From contig JAGHVJ010000006.1 in the NCBI GenBank assembly GCA_018064365.1, forward strand, positions 2,058 through 66,057: a stretch of 64,000 nt of DNA, read 5' to 3'. A program made the translations under genes and the position numbers. Under the pieces are notes generated by a model that made no database searches, had not been told where the DNA came from, and saw only the letters and a program-made list of their open reading frames with translations. The stretch is from Candidatus Enterousia onthequi (GTDB lineage: Bacteria; Pseudomonadota; Alphaproteobacteria; Rs-D84). Positions 20,347 through 30,728 of this stretch are shown piece by piece (positions within the stretch are counted from its first letter, which is position 1; each line of letters begins with the position of its first letter).

Positions 20347-21669
20347 ATGAATTGGCTAAAAAAATTTTGGATAGTTTTTACATCTTTCTTGCCGTTTTCA
20401 GCAGGGGCTTTTTCGCCACTTTTAATTGGTGGAATTGCGTTTGGCGGTGGAATAATTGGGGTTTCTATTTGGCGCAATGTGTCCCCTGTAAATATGTCTG
20501 ACGCATTATCTTTTTTTTCCAGTTGTTGGTCATGTCAAATTTTTTCAGATGTTGTCGCAACAATGTCAAATATTATTCCTGTGACCTATAAATCTTTGGG
20601 TGGTATAATAATACCATTTGCAATTGTTTTGACAGCAGTATGGTTTGCGTGGCAATTATTGACATTGTTTATCACGCCCGGTCAAGATAAACAGATAAAT
20701 AATTTAGGGTGGAGTCTTGCAGGACAATGGGGAACTCATGTTATTCGTGTTTTATTTGTAGGGGCATTGTTGCTTGTTCCATTACCGCGAATGATTTCAT
20801 CTGTTGTACTGGAACCTGTGTTTAATATTGGTTTGTCTATGAATTATACAATGTCTGTGGCTGATGCTCGCCAGAACTATGCAAATTGCATAATTGCAAC
20901 TGCGGTCTCGGATGTGTCTGCAACCCGGACAGATACTGCAAATCCTGGTATAAATGCATTTTCACCGCGATTTCGTCATAACTTAACATGTCAAATTGCA
21001 AATATACATCAAATGACAGGTTTGGGAATGACAATTGGTTGGACAATGTTAAATATGGCGTTTAACTATGATTATATGCATAAATTGATGTGGGGAATAC
21101 CGATTTTTCCCAATGTGCCATTGATATTGACGGGGCTTTTGATATTGGCGCTGTATTTATCTGCATTATTGCCGATACCATTATATTTCTTGGAAATATT
21201 TATCAAATTATCTATTGATTTTGTTTTGTTGCCATTGACACTGTTATCGTGGATATTCAAAGGTTGGAAAATATTTCCGTCTGGCAAGGGAAATATAAAA
21301 CAAATCATAGATGATGTTATTTCTGGTGTTTTAGGTTTGGCAATGACGGGCATATTTATAACATTTTCAATAATGTTGTTAAATGCGGCTTTTGGTAATT
21401 GGAAAGGTGCATCTGCATTACAAACTGCGATTACCCAAAACGATTCGAAAATTTTAATAGATTCGTTAATGTCCACCACAGGCAGTAAATCTCTGATAAC
21501 CATAATATTGATGGGGATATTTATGACTATGTTTATGGTGATGATACCTGCATTGATAAAGTCGTTATTTAACATAACAGTATCTGATAAATACTATCAA
21601 ACCGCAAAAAAAGATATAAATTTATTGTGGAATGGCGCGAAAAAGTGGTGGTCTGCCGCAAAAAAATAA
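20347..21669 (+). CDS. Polytopic membrane protein, paralog 5, divergently transcribed (VirB6/TrbL-like, putative)
   Basis: Shares the CWSCQIF and IRVLF..LLLVPLPR motifs with the paralogs on the opposite strand. Confidence 0.45.
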   Translation: MNWLKKFWIVFTSFLPFSAGAFSPLLIGGIAFGGGIIGVSIWRNVSPVNMSDALSFFSSCWSCQIFSDVVATMSNIIPVTYKSLGGIIIPFAIVLTAVWFAWQLLTLFITPGQDKQINNLGWSLAGQWGTHVIRVLFVGALLLVPLPRMISSVVLEPVFNIGLSMNYTMSVADARQNYANCIIATAVSDVSATRTDTANPGINAFSPRFRHNLTCQIANIHQMTGLGMTIGWTMLNMAFNYDYMHKLMWGIPIFPNVPLILTGLLILALYLSALLPIPLYFLEIFIKLSIDFVLLPLTLLSWIFKGWKIFPSGKGNIKQIIDDVISGVLGLAMTGIFITFSIMLLNAAFGNWKGASALQTAITQNDSKILIDSLMSTTGSKSLITIILMGIFMTMFMVMIPALIKSLFNITVSDKYYQTAKKDINLLWNGAKKWWSAAKK

Positions 21670-21735
21670 AAATCAAGTGCTTTATTTGCATTCACCCCCT
21701 TTTTTATAACATCCGAATCTGATATACTGTATATC

Positions 21736-22248
21736 GTGATGAAAAAGTTTCCGATTCTTTATTGGCCACGCAAAACGACAGACGATGCAGAATATCAATT
21801 GTCGCGCAAGGTTATAAATAATGCGACTGGCACAATGCCTGATGTAATATCAGATAATCTGGATTTAGACGCGATAATGAACGAAAACCCAGATTCTGTG
21901 GTTTATTATCCGGTATTTTGTGGCTCGACCGGTTGGTGGGGCGAATTATTGGGCGCGAACGCGGTTGTGGTTGATAAAATGATAATTTCTCCGGAATGCC
22001 AACTGATGGTGATTCAGTCTGATAAAAACGCGAATTCATCTGGTTCAAACCAGTTATTGGCGGCGGAAATATACCCCAGCAGTGGTTTTTTCAAGAAAAT
22101 GAATTCATCTATTGCAACTGTGGCGGATATGTTGGCCACGGATGCTGGTACAATTTTGGCATTGTTTTCTGGTCGTAATCCAAATAAATTTGTAAATATC
22201 TTGGAATCGACTGGAAATTCATACCTGGGTTGTATCGGTCGATATTAA
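21736..22248 (+). CDS. Hypothetical protein
   Basis: ORF only. No recognisable motifs. Confidence 0.35.
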   Translation: MMKKFPILYWPRKTTDDAEYQLSRKVINNATGTMPDVISDNLDLDAIMNENPDSVVYYPVFCGSTGWWGELLGANAVVVDKMIISPECQLMVIQSDKNANSSGSNQLLAAEIYPSSGFFKKMNSSIATVADMLATDAGTILALFSGRNPNKFVNILESTGNSYLGCIGRY

Positions 22249-22338
22249 AAAATAACAGTAAACGGCGAATAGCCGATTTTTTAATTTTATATTGCCTGCA
22301 AATCATAAAATTCGTATTATCCAAAAAAAGGATGATTT

Positions 22339-22935
22339 GTGTTAAAAAAAGAAAATGTTGTTGTGTTTGATTTTGATGGAACATTGTCTGCATCTGATTC
22401 GCATTTAGAATTTGGACGTTATTGTTTTCAGCACTCGATTCGTCCGTGGGTGTTTTTACCTGTATTTTTAGTTGGGTGTGTGGGGTATGTGTGTAATAAA
22501 AATCGTATTTGGCCTCGTGAAATGATGCGACTGTTCGTAACAGCGAAAATGGTGAAAAAATTTGCGCCAAATGTTATCCGTGAACACCGCACGCGCAGAT
22601 TTGGTTGGTCTGCGACCCAGGTTGCGCGTGAACGCGCGGCGGGAAATATTTGTATTTTAATATCGGCGGGCCCAGATTATTTAATACCAAAATTAGTAAA
22701 AGATATGAAATTTGACGTTGTTTTAACATCGCAAATGGACAAACAAAAACCATGGAAATATAAATTTATGTGCTGGGGTCCAAACAAGGTGGTTGCGTTG
22801 GACACATGGGCAAAACAAAACAATATTATTCCAAATGTGGTTAAAAGTTATGGCGACAGTCCATCTGATAAATACATAATGAGCCTTGCACAAACACAGG
22901 TTTGGATAAATCGTAAAACAGGTTTACCAAAATAA
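22339..22935 (+). CDS. HAD-superfamily hydrolase (HAD-IB-like) with a hydrophobic segment
   Basis: VVFDFDGTLS is HAD motif I (DxDGT). Confidence 0.65.
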   Translation: MLKKENVVVFDFDGTLSASDSHLEFGRYCFQHSIRPWVFLPVFLVGCVGYVCNKNRIWPREMMRLFVTAKMVKKFAPNVIREHRTRRFGWSATQVARERAAGNICILISAGPDYLIPKLVKDMKFDVVLTSQMDKQKPWKYKFMCWGPNKVVALDTWAKQNNIIPNVVKSYGDSPSDKYIMSLAQTQVWINRKTGLPK

Positions 22936-22961
22936 TAAAAACCGCCCAGATGGGCGGTTTT

Positions 22962-23840
22962 TTAATCTTCTCCGAAATTCATTGCTCGTAATTTTTCTGC
23001 CCTGGGGCTAATTTTTGATACAGATGTTTGTAATTGTTCTATATCTGTCTGGGCGGCGGCAAAATGTTGTGCAACCTTGGCAGAACGTTCCGATAGCCGG
23101 CCTAAATCTGTCAATAATAAATCCAATTCGCGTTTAATTTGACTTGCCACGCGTTTTATTTTTATGTCTGATAACACAGCGCGAATCGTGTTTAATGTCG
23201 CCCACAATGTCGCCGGTGATACGATAAAGATCTTTTTTCGTGCGGCATAATCAATAGTGTTTGGAAATTCAGTGTGAATTTCTTGGAATATAGATTCCGA
23301 TGCAATAAACATCATTGCGCTTTCTGCTGTAACACCCGGAATAATGTATTTTTCTGCGATTGCATCAATATGTTTGCGCACATCCAGTTCAAATTGCTTT
23401 TTTGCACCAATATCATTTTTATCGTTCAAAATTCGATTATAACTTTCCAGTGGAAATTTACTGTCGATAATCATATCACCCGGCGGATAAGGTAATCGAA
23501 TAATACAGTCCGGCCGTACCCCTGTTGATAATACCGTTTGAAAAGAATATGTTTCTGGTGGCATAATATCTGCAACCAAATCAGCCAGTTGGCGTTCGCC
23601 AAATGTCCCGCGGGCCTGTTTGTTGCCCATTAAAATATCTTTGAAATTTGCGATGTCTGCACTGATACTTTTCAATTCCATGGCGTTTTGCGACAAAGTC
23701 CCCAACCGTTCCGCTAACCGCTCGCGCAGTCGAACATTATCTTCACGCAGTGGCGACAAATCAATCGTGTTTTTGCGAAAAATCAACACCAATAACAAAA
23801 AAATCACAACTGCCAACAAAGCAAAAATATAGATTGTCAT
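22962..23840 (-). CDS. rmuC: DNA recombination protein RmuC
   Basis: N-terminal TM followed by a coiled-coil. RGTFGERQLADLV is typical of RmuC. The start was moved to MTIYIF (23840). Confidence 0.8.
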   Translation of the reverse strand: MTIYIFALLAVVIFLLLVLIFRKNTIDLSPLREDNVRLRERLAERLGTLSQNAMELKSISADIANFKDILMGNKQARGTFGERQLADLVADIMPPETYSFQTVLSTGVRPDCIIRLPYPPGDMIIDSKFPLESYNRILNDKNDIGAKKQFELDVRKHIDAIAEKYIIPGVTAESAMMFIASESIFQEIHTEFPNTIDYAARKKIFIVSPATLWATLNTIRAVLSDIKIKRVASQIKRELDLLLTDLGRLSERSAKVAQHFAAAQTDIEQLQTSVSKISPRAEKLRAMNFGED

Positions 23841-23887
23841 TTGAAAATCCTTTGCTAAAATCAATACATAACAGATTATAAAGGATT

Positions 23888-24397
23888 TTGTATATGTTGC
23901 AAATGAAACTTTGTGGTGACCCAGTTTTACGCACAGAATGTTCGCCTGTGACCAGAATCGACGGCGAATTGTTGAAAACCATGGATACAATGGTTGAAAT
24001 GATGCGTGAACAAAGTGGCGTTGGACTTGCCGCACCCCAGGTTGGCATTACAGAACGTTTTTTGGTTATGATGACACCGGACGATGAACGGATTTTCAAA
24101 ATGATAAATCCTCGGATTATATCGCACAGTGATAAAAACTGTGTGATGGAGGAGGGCTGTTTATCTGTTTTGGGTGGCGATAATTTACCTGTTTATGCAA
24201 ATGTGACGCGTCCTGAATCTGTGATTGTGGAATGGACTGATGAAAATGGTAAACAACAAAGTGCGGAAATGTCCGGTGTGCCGGCACGCATCGTGCAACA
24301 CGAAACAGACCATTTGGACGGAAAATTGTTTGTCGATTATTTGTCTGGCGCGCGCCGTGAAATGGTTATGCGCAAGGTGCGGAGGCATAAAAAATGA
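23888..24397 (+). CDS. def: Peptide deformylase
   Basis: GVGLAAPQVG, EGCLSV and HETDHLDG motifs. Confidence 0.9.
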   Translation: MYMLQMKLCGDPVLRTECSPVTRIDGELLKTMDTMVEMMREQSGVGLAAPQVGITERFLVMMTPDDERIFKMINPRIISHSDKNCVMEEGCLSVLGGDNLPVYANVTRPESVIVEWTDENGKQQSAEMSGVPARIVQHETDHLDGKLFVDYLSGARREMVMRKVRRHKK

Positions 24398-25200
24398 AAT
24401 TAATTTTAATGGGAACAAATGATTTTGTTGTGCCTGTATTTGAATCTTTGCGAAAAAAACACGACATTTTGTCTGTGTTCACGCGCGCACCAAAACCGAC
24501 TGGTCGTAAACAGATTTTGACCCCGTCGCCTGTGCATGTTTGGGCAGAATCACATAATATCCCTGTGCATACATCTATTCGTGATTTTGATGGAATGGTG
24601 GCTGATTGTGTGTTTGTAATGTCGTATGGCGTGATTATACCTGATGATATTTTATCTCAATCCAGGTTTATAAATATTCACCCCAGTAATTTACCAAAAT
24701 ATCGTGGTCCATCACCAATCAGAACTGCAATAAAAAATGGCGATAAAACCAGTGCTGTTTGTTTAATGCAAATGAATCACGATTTAGATGCGGGCGATAT
24801 TTATATGTGTCGCGAATTTGATATAGATTTAAATGACACAAATGAAATTGTGGAAAATCGTGTTGCAAATATTTCAATCGAAATGTTGGACGAATATTTT
24901 TCTAATCCAAACGCGTTTTTGCCTAAAAAACAAATTGGCATGCCGACATTTACACATAAATTTACAGGTGCTGATGAAATCATAGATTGGAAAAAAACTC
25001 CAATTGAAATTCATAATTTAGTGCGCGCATTGGGGGCTGGACGGACAAAAATAAATGGCATAGATGTCAAAATATTAAAAACAACACTGGAAAATGGAAA
25101 TTTACAAATATTGGAATTACAACCGGCGGGCAAACGCTCAATGGATTGGAAAAGTTTTGTAAATGGTCTGCAAGGTGCAGACATAAAATACGGAGAATAA
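24394..25200 (+). CDS. fmt: Methionyl-tRNA formyltransferase (short form, 268 aa)
   Basis: MKLILMGTNDF..HPSNLPKYRGPSPI. 4-nt overlap with def. Confidence 0.85.
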   Translation: MKLILMGTNDFVVPVFESLRKKHDILSVFTRAPKPTGRKQILTPSPVHVWAESHNIPVHTSIRDFDGMVADCVFVMSYGVIIPDDILSQSRFINIHPSNLPKYRGPSPIRTAIKNGDKTSAVCLMQMNHDLDAGDIYMCREFDIDLNDTNEIVENRVANISIEMLDEYFSNPNAFLPKKQIGMPTFTHKFTGADEIIDWKKTPIEIHNLVRALGAGRTKINGIDVKILKTTLENGNLQILELQPAGKRSMDWKSFVNGLQGADIKYGE

Positions 25201-25237
25201 TTGTATGCGTAAAAAAATACGGGGAGTAAAGAAAAAA

Positions 25238-25444
25238 ATGAGTAATAATATTCAATTTGCAAAATGTGGTGTGTCTGGCGAATTTGTTATTATATCAAAA
25301 TACAATGCAAAATGTCCATGCTTGAATTGTTCTGGGTGTGATAATCAACCATGTGGGTGGCGATATGTGTTGCAAACAGACCCATGTACAAACGACGATA
25401 TCCGCGAAGTATTATGTGCAAATTGTATGGCAAAACAAAGATAA
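25238..25444 (+). CDS. Small Cys-rich protein, tandem paralog 1
   Basis: RBS GGGGAG. Motif CG..x..VIISKYN..CPCLNC...C...C and a C-terminal CMAKQR. Confidence 0.55.
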   Translation: MSNNIQFAKCGVSGEFVIISKYNAKCPCLNCSGCDNQPCGWRYVLQTDPCTNDDIREVLCANCMAKQR

Positions 25445-25463
25445 AACCAAAAAGGATACAAAA

Positions 25464-25724
25464 ATGGCAGAAGAAAAAATTTGTGGATATTATAAACATT
25501 CTGTTAGAATATCTGAGTATAACAAACACGGAAGTTGCCCTTGTTTAAATTGTGATAAAGATACATGCGATGACGAATGTCACGCCAGTTTGCATCCTGT
25601 ACTTATATCTGCCAAGTGTCTTTCGGGCAGAATATGTTGGCGACATGATAGATGTAAGGATTGTCTGGATTTTTCAGAACAATATTCTGCACCTATTAGT
25701 ATAATAACACGGAAACAAAGATAA
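25464..25724 (+). CDS. Small Cys-rich protein, tandem paralog 2
   Basis: RBS AAAGGA. ICGYYKHSVRISEYNKHGSCPCLNC. C-terminal ..RKQR. Confidence 0.55.
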   Translation: MAEEKICGYYKHSVRISEYNKHGSCPCLNCDKDTCDDECHASLHPVLISAKCLSGRICWRHDRCKDCLDFSEQYSAPISIITRKQR

Positions 25725-25728
25725 TAAG

Positions 25729-25935
25729 ATGCAAAAATTTTTAAATACATTATGCGGATTACACGCATCTAATGTTGTTATATCAGAACACAACAATAAC
25801 GGCTCGTGCCGGTGTTTGGGGTGTGTGGGGATTTCTTGTCAGAATTGTCAACAATATCAGAATTTATTAGACGAGGCAGATAAAAACGATCAAATAAAAT
25901 TGGAACGCTGTATTGCATGCATGAGACAAAGATAA
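25729..25935 (+). CDS. Small Cys-rich protein, tandem paralog 3
   Basis: LCGLHASNVVISEHNNNGSCRCLGC. C-terminal CIACMRQR. Confidence 0.55.
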   Translation: MQKFLNTLCGLHASNVVISEHNNNGSCRCLGCVGISCQNCQQYQNLLDEADKNDQIKLERCIACMRQR

Positions 25936-25951
25936 AAATTTAGGATAAAAA

Positions 25952-26695
25952 ATGACACGCTATAAAATTGCATTAGAATACGATGGAACGAATTTAATTG
26001 GCTGGCAAGAAAACTTGGACGGCCCGTCTGTTCAATCTATTCTGATGGATGCATGCGAACAATTTTGCGGCTTGCGTCCAACTATATTTGGCGCAGGGCG
26101 GACAGATTCTGGTGTTCATGCAATATCTATGACTGCGCATTTTGATTTGGAACGTGATTATGATGCTGATACAGTTATGCGTGCATTAAATTTTTATTTG
26201 TTAAAACAGCCCGTATCGGTTTTGTCTTGCGAAATTGTTGATGAAGATTTTCATGCTCGCTTTTCTTGTGTTGCGCGTCATTATAAATATGTCGTGTTAA
26301 ATCGCGCTTCTGCGCCCGTTCTTGAAAAAAACAGGGTATATTGGTTTCCTCAAAAATTAGATGTTGAATCAATGCGTGTCGCTGCCAAAAAATTATTAGG
26401 CCAGCATGATTTTACATCTTTTCGTGCCGCCCAATGCCAAGCCAAAAGTCCGATAAAAACACTCGATAAGTTAGATATTACTGTTGATGGCAATCATATA
26501 ATTTTTGAATTGTCTGCACGTTCGTTTTTGCACCATATGGTTCGCAACATTGTTGGCACATTGTTAGAAATCGGTGTTGGTAAACCATATGATATTGATG
26601 AAATATTATCGGCAAAAAATCGCAGTACCGCCGGTCCCACCGCACCGGCATCTGGATTATATTTTATTCGTGCGGATTATCCCACCAACGACTAG
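25952..26695 (+). CDS. truA: tRNA pseudouridine(38-40) synthase
   Basis: YDGTNLIGWQ..GAGRTDSGVHA (catalytic Asp region)...HHMVRNIVG. Confidence 0.9.
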   Translation: MTRYKIALEYDGTNLIGWQENLDGPSVQSILMDACEQFCGLRPTIFGAGRTDSGVHAISMTAHFDLERDYDADTVMRALNFYLLKQPVSVLSCEIVDEDFHARFSCVARHYKYVVLNRASAPVLEKNRVYWFPQKLDVESMRVAAKKLLGQHDFTSFRAAQCQAKSPIKTLDKLDITVDGNHIIFELSARSFLHHMVRNIVGTLLEIGVGKPYDIDEILSAKNRSTAGPTAPASGLYFIRADYPTND

Positions 26696-28709
26696 TCGGT
26701 GTGTATTCTATTTTTCCAGATTTATAAATTACGAAACCATTACGCAAAATTTTGTGATTGCATTTTGGTCCAGATATATCAAAATACGATACGATAAAAT
26801 CAATGTCATCATCACGACATAATTTCACAATATTTTTATGCAATGGAACAAATTTTTGGATATACGCCACAGTGAAATTTTCGGATTTATAAATACAAAT
26901 GCCGTCTGGACATTTGCGCCGAACATTTTTATCAGATGGCGGTTCATTGTTTAATTGTCTAAATGTGTTAAAAGCAAAATAATGATTAGAAGCACGCGCT
27001 TTATTAAATTCTAGTTTACCGTCATACACCATGCCAACCAATTCGTGGTCGCTTGTTGCATAAAATACAGGCGTTTGTCGGGTCGCAATAATTATGACAC
27101 CAATTATAATACATACGCCAAACAATAAATAATTTGCACGACGATAAATCCAAAGTTTTGCTTTCATCAGTGGTTTTACCAAAATTAAAAACATCAAACC
27201 CAATACGAATATAACAAATGCACTTGTTGGAATATGCGGTATGATAATATTAGATGCAGGCCAATCAGCAATTTTCTGCGCGATTCCCAATGCAAAATTA
27301 TAAACAACCATTGCGTAATCTAATAACATATGAAAACCAAATCCAGAGCATAATGTTCCAATCAAAACCATGGGCATAATTGCAAACGAAAATATCGGCA
27401 GTAATATTAAATTGCCAACCAAACTATACAGTGGCACAGAATTAAAATGTGTTGCGATAAATGGCAATGTGAATATTGTTGCAATAACAGAGGTCATAAT
27501 TGCTGCATAAAATCCATTTTTTATTTTTTCTAAACGACTTTTGTTTTCAAAAGTTTGCCCGTCAAAAAACCAAATCAAACCAAATATAGCGGCAAAAGAT
27601 AATTGAAATCCTACCTGGGTTACGAAATGAGGATTTACAAAAAACAAAATTAAAAACGCGATTGAAATATTTCGCATAGACACAGCGTTTCGTCCCAATA
27701 ACAAAGCCAAAAATAACACAGTTGTCATCAAAAACGCGCGCCATGTCGCGACCCCGAATCCAGAAATGCAAACATATAAAAATAATATCAGCCACGCACA
27801 AATTGTTGCTGTATATCGCGCAGGAATTCGTCGTGTTAAAAATCCGCATGCGCGTAGAATAAAATAGAAAATTGCAAACAACCACCCACCAATCAAAGTC
27901 ATATGAAAACCACTGATTGACCAAATATGCCCAACACCTGCGGTTGTCCAAATATTGCTATCTGGGATTGGAACGGCATTTTTATAGCCCAACACCAAAC
28001 CGTCGGTTAAAAAAGAATTTGCCGCATTGTGAATTTTATTACGAAACCCGTTTACATTAAATGCATCGTCGTGCGACAAAATTTGATAATCTGTCATAAA
28101 TCCATTTGCAGTTAAATTATTAAAATATGCCCACCGTGCATAATCAAATGTTTCTGGTGCTTCGATTTTAGCAGGCGCAAACAAGAAAGCACGGCCAGAA
28201 ATTATATCTCCGATTTCAGGACGGTTTGTATCATCTGAAATTGTGACCCGAACATTAGCATTTTTTGCTAAATTTAAATCAGATGCATTGACTTGCAATA
28301 CCAACCTTGTTTTGTTATCTGATTCATCTATATCTATAACCGTAGCGGTAATGTTTTTATCGCGTACATCATATTTTAACACAGGTGTCCCAACTATAAA
28401 ATGCGTATAAAATATTGCATACGAAAACCCGAATATAAACAGCATAATGGCACGCAGAATCAAATTCTGTTTGTTAAATAGTAAAAGTATGATACTGACA
28501 ATAAACGCCAATCCGATAAATTTAATGTTTGGTTCAAATGGTAATATGAAATATAAACCTGCGCCCAATGCTAATAACATTGGCGACCATAAAAATTTAT
28601 TTTTTAATTGTTCTGATAAAAAATCACGCATGTATGAATTATAGGAACGAAAGTTCTGTGCGCAACCATTATTTTCCAAATATAAAATCAGGGTCAGCAG
28701 CCAAGGCAA
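26664..28709 (-). CDS. comEC: ComEC/Rec2-family DNA internalisation membrane protein (no beta-lactamase domain)
   Basis: N-terminal TMs, then a periplasmic OB-like segment, then a multi-TM competence domain (..GFQLSFAAIFGLI..). The start is uncertain. Confidence 0.75.
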   Translation of the reverse strand: MPWLLTLILYLENNGCAQNFRSYNSYMRDFLSEQLKNKFLWSPMLLALGAGLYFILPFEPNIKFIGLAFIVSIILLLFNKQNLILRAIMLFIFGFSYAIFYTHFIVGTPVLKYDVRDKNITATVIDIDESDNKTRLVLQVNASDLNLAKNANVRVTISDDTNRPEIGDIISGRAFLFAPAKIEAPETFDYARWAYFNNLTANGFMTDYQILSHDDAFNVNGFRNKIHNAANSFLTDGLVLGYKNAVPIPDSNIWTTAGVGHIWSISGFHMTLIGGWLFAIFYFILRACGFLTRRIPARYTATICAWLILFLYVCISGFGVATWRAFLMTTVLFLALLLGRNAVSMRNISIAFLILFFVNPHFVTQVGFQLSFAAIFGLIWFFDGQTFENKSRLEKIKNGFYAAIMTSVIATIFTLPFIATHFNSVPLYSLVGNLILLPIFSFAIMPMVLIGTLCSGFGFHMLLDYAMVVYNFALGIAQKIADWPASNIIIPHIPTSAFVIFVLGLMFLILVKPLMKAKLWIYRRANYLLFGVCIIIGVIIIATRQTPVFYATSDHELVGMVYDGKLEFNKARASNHYFAFNTFRQLNNEPPSDKNVRRKCPDGICIYKSENFTVAYIQKFVPLHKNIVKLCRDDDIDFIVSYFDISGPKCNHKILRNGFVIYKSGKIEYTPTSRWWDNPHE

Positions 28710-28983
28710 TTATTGTATCCATATCGTCAGAGTCAGACGCTTTTTGCCGAATTGTCTTGCCACATTTTTCGCATTTATGGGTAATAACAAAATGGCCGGC
28801 CGATTGTTCTACACAAACAGGTGCCATCATACCGCCACAATCACTTTGTCTGTCCCCAGGATTGTTATCAACATGTCGCGACCATAGGCATTTTGGACAA
28901 TGGTTTGTATAACCATTTCCATGCACAACTGCGCCACAATGGGCGCAGTTAAAATCTTCTATACGTTTTATGAATTGTTTCAT
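28669..28983 (-). CDS. RNHCP-domain Cys-rich protein
   Basis: FNCAHCGAVVHGNGYTNHCPKCLWSRHVDNNPGDRQSDCGGMM. Confidence 0.6.
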   Translation of the reverse strand: MKQFIKRIEDFNCAHCGAVVHGNGYTNHCPKCLWSRHVDNNPGDRQSDCGGMMAPVCVEQSAGHFVITHKCEKCGKTIRQKASDSDDMDTIIALAADPDFIFGK

Positions 28984-28986
28984 ATA

Positions 28987-29235
28987 TTAAATACCTAATG
29001 CATCACGATACATTTTGGTCAATTCGTCCGCCTCGTCCAGTTCATCAGGGTCCAATTTACGCAACCGTATCATTTGACGAATGTATTTCGGGTCATATCC
29101 CGCAGATTTAGCCTCGGAATAAACTTCTTTGATATCCGCAGCAATGTTCGCAGTATCTTCGTTTAATTTTTCAATTCTTTCAATAATAGACAATAATTGT
29201 TGATTATCAAAAGCACCATGATTTGCATTTTTCAT
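28987..29235 (-). CDS. gapR: GapR-like (DUF2312) nucleoid-associated protein
   Basis: QLLSIIERIEKLNEDTANIAADIKEVYSEAKSAGYDPKYIRQMIRLRKLDPDE. The start was moved to MKNANHG (29235). Confidence 0.8.
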   Translation of the reverse strand: MKNANHGAFDNQQLLSIIERIEKLNEDTANIAADIKEVYSEAKSAGYDPKYIRQMIRLRKLDPDELDEADELTKMYRDALGI

Positions 29236-29323
29236 GTTTGTTTTCCCCTTGTTAAATTTACAATAATATAATATATTATTTACGACAAAAATCAAGAAAA
29301 AGCAAATCCAGGGGGAATGTTTT

Positions 29324-30694
29324 ATGATAAAATTTACAAAAATCACTGCATCTATTGGGCCAAAATCTGACGCTCGTGCTGTTTTAACAAAAATGATACA
29401 ATCTGGGACAAATTTGTTTCGCATAAATTTCAGTCATGATACCGGTGATGTCCAAGGGAAAAAAATCGATACGATTCGAACTGTGTCGCGCGAATTAAAA
29501 ACACCTGTGGCTGTTGTTGTAGATTTACAGGGCCCCAAACACCGTATTGGGAATTTTGCAACCGAAGATAAATACAAACTTACCATCGGACAAAGGTTTA
29601 TATTTGATTCAGACGAAACACCGGGCGACAATACGCGTGTATGTTTGCCACATCCTGATGTTATTGCGTCATTGCATGTCGGCGACAGAATTTTATTAAA
29701 TGATGGAAAAATAGAAATGCGTGTTGATAGAACAGAACCAACAAAGATTATTGCTACGGTTGTGCGTGGCAACGAAATCTGGTCGCGTCGTGGTTTTAAT
29801 TTGCCGGACACTTTTGTTGACTGCAATGTTTTAACGGAAAAAGACCGTGCTGATTTAGAATATGCAATCACAAAAAATCCAGATTATGTTGCTGTGTCTT
29901 TTGTTCAAACAGCGGATGATATTGCGTATGTTCGTGATTTTATAACTGCGCGCACGGCGCATAAAATAAAAATCATTGCAAAAATAGAACGCCCGCACGC
30001 GGTACATAACATAGAAGATATTGTTTCTGCATCTGATGGCATAATGATTGCGCGTGGTGATTTGGCGGTTGAAATGCCGTTTGAACAAGTTCCTGCGATT
30101 TCGCGTCATATAATTCGTGTATGTCGTCAAATGAATAAACCTGTAATTGTTGCAACGCAAATGTTGGCATCGCTTGTTGATGGAGAATTTCCAACACGTG
30201 CAGAAATTAGTGATGTTGCAAATGCGGCATATTTGCGTGCAGATTCTTGTATGACATCCGAAGAAACTACGATTGGTATAAATCCTGTGAATACAATTCA
30301 AACGATGTCGCGTATTTTGTCTTATGCAGATATGGATTCAATCGCAAATCCAAACGATTGGTTGCGTACAGAAAATGTTCCAGAAAACAATTGGTCGCGT
30401 TCTGTTGCGTCTATGGCATATTTGAATAACGCGTCTGCGATTGTTGTCTTTGATAGGGACGGTATTGCCACAACTGAAATTTCGTGCCGTCGCCCAGATA
30501 TGCCGATTATTGCGGTGTGTGATGATGAAACAATTGCAAATCATTTGTGTTTGAACCGTGGTGTGTTTCCGATTTTTGCCCCCGAAATATTTGGCCGTCG
30601 TGATACAGACGCGGCTGTGAAAACGTTAAAAATAAAAATTGGTAATGTTGTAATTGTTGACGAAGGAACAATCAGTTTGCGTGAATTGAATTAA
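29324..30694 (+). CDS. pyk: Pyruvate kinase
   Basis: KITASIGPKS..FRINFSHDTGD..MIARGDLAVE. Confidence 0.9.
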   Translation: MIKFTKITASIGPKSDARAVLTKMIQSGTNLFRINFSHDTGDVQGKKIDTIRTVSRELKTPVAVVVDLQGPKHRIGNFATEDKYKLTIGQRFIFDSDETPGDNTRVCLPHPDVIASLHVGDRILLNDGKIEMRVDRTEPTKIIATVVRGNEIWSRRGFNLPDTFVDCNVLTEKDRADLEYAITKNPDYVAVSFVQTADDIAYVRDFITARTAHKIKIIAKIERPHAVHNIEDIVSASDGIMIARGDLAVEMPFEQVPAISRHIIRVCRQMNKPVIVATQMLASLVDGEFPTRAEISDVANAAYLRADSCMTSEETTIGINPVNTIQTMSRILSYADMDSIANPNDWLRTENVPENNWSRSVASMAYLNNASAIVVFDRDGIATTEISCRRPDMPIIAVCDDETIANHLCLNRGVFPIFAPEIFGRRDTDAAVKTLKIKIGNVVIVDEGTISLRELN

Positions 30695-30728
30695 AAAAAT
30701 AAAAGGTCGAAATTTTTCGACCTTTTTA

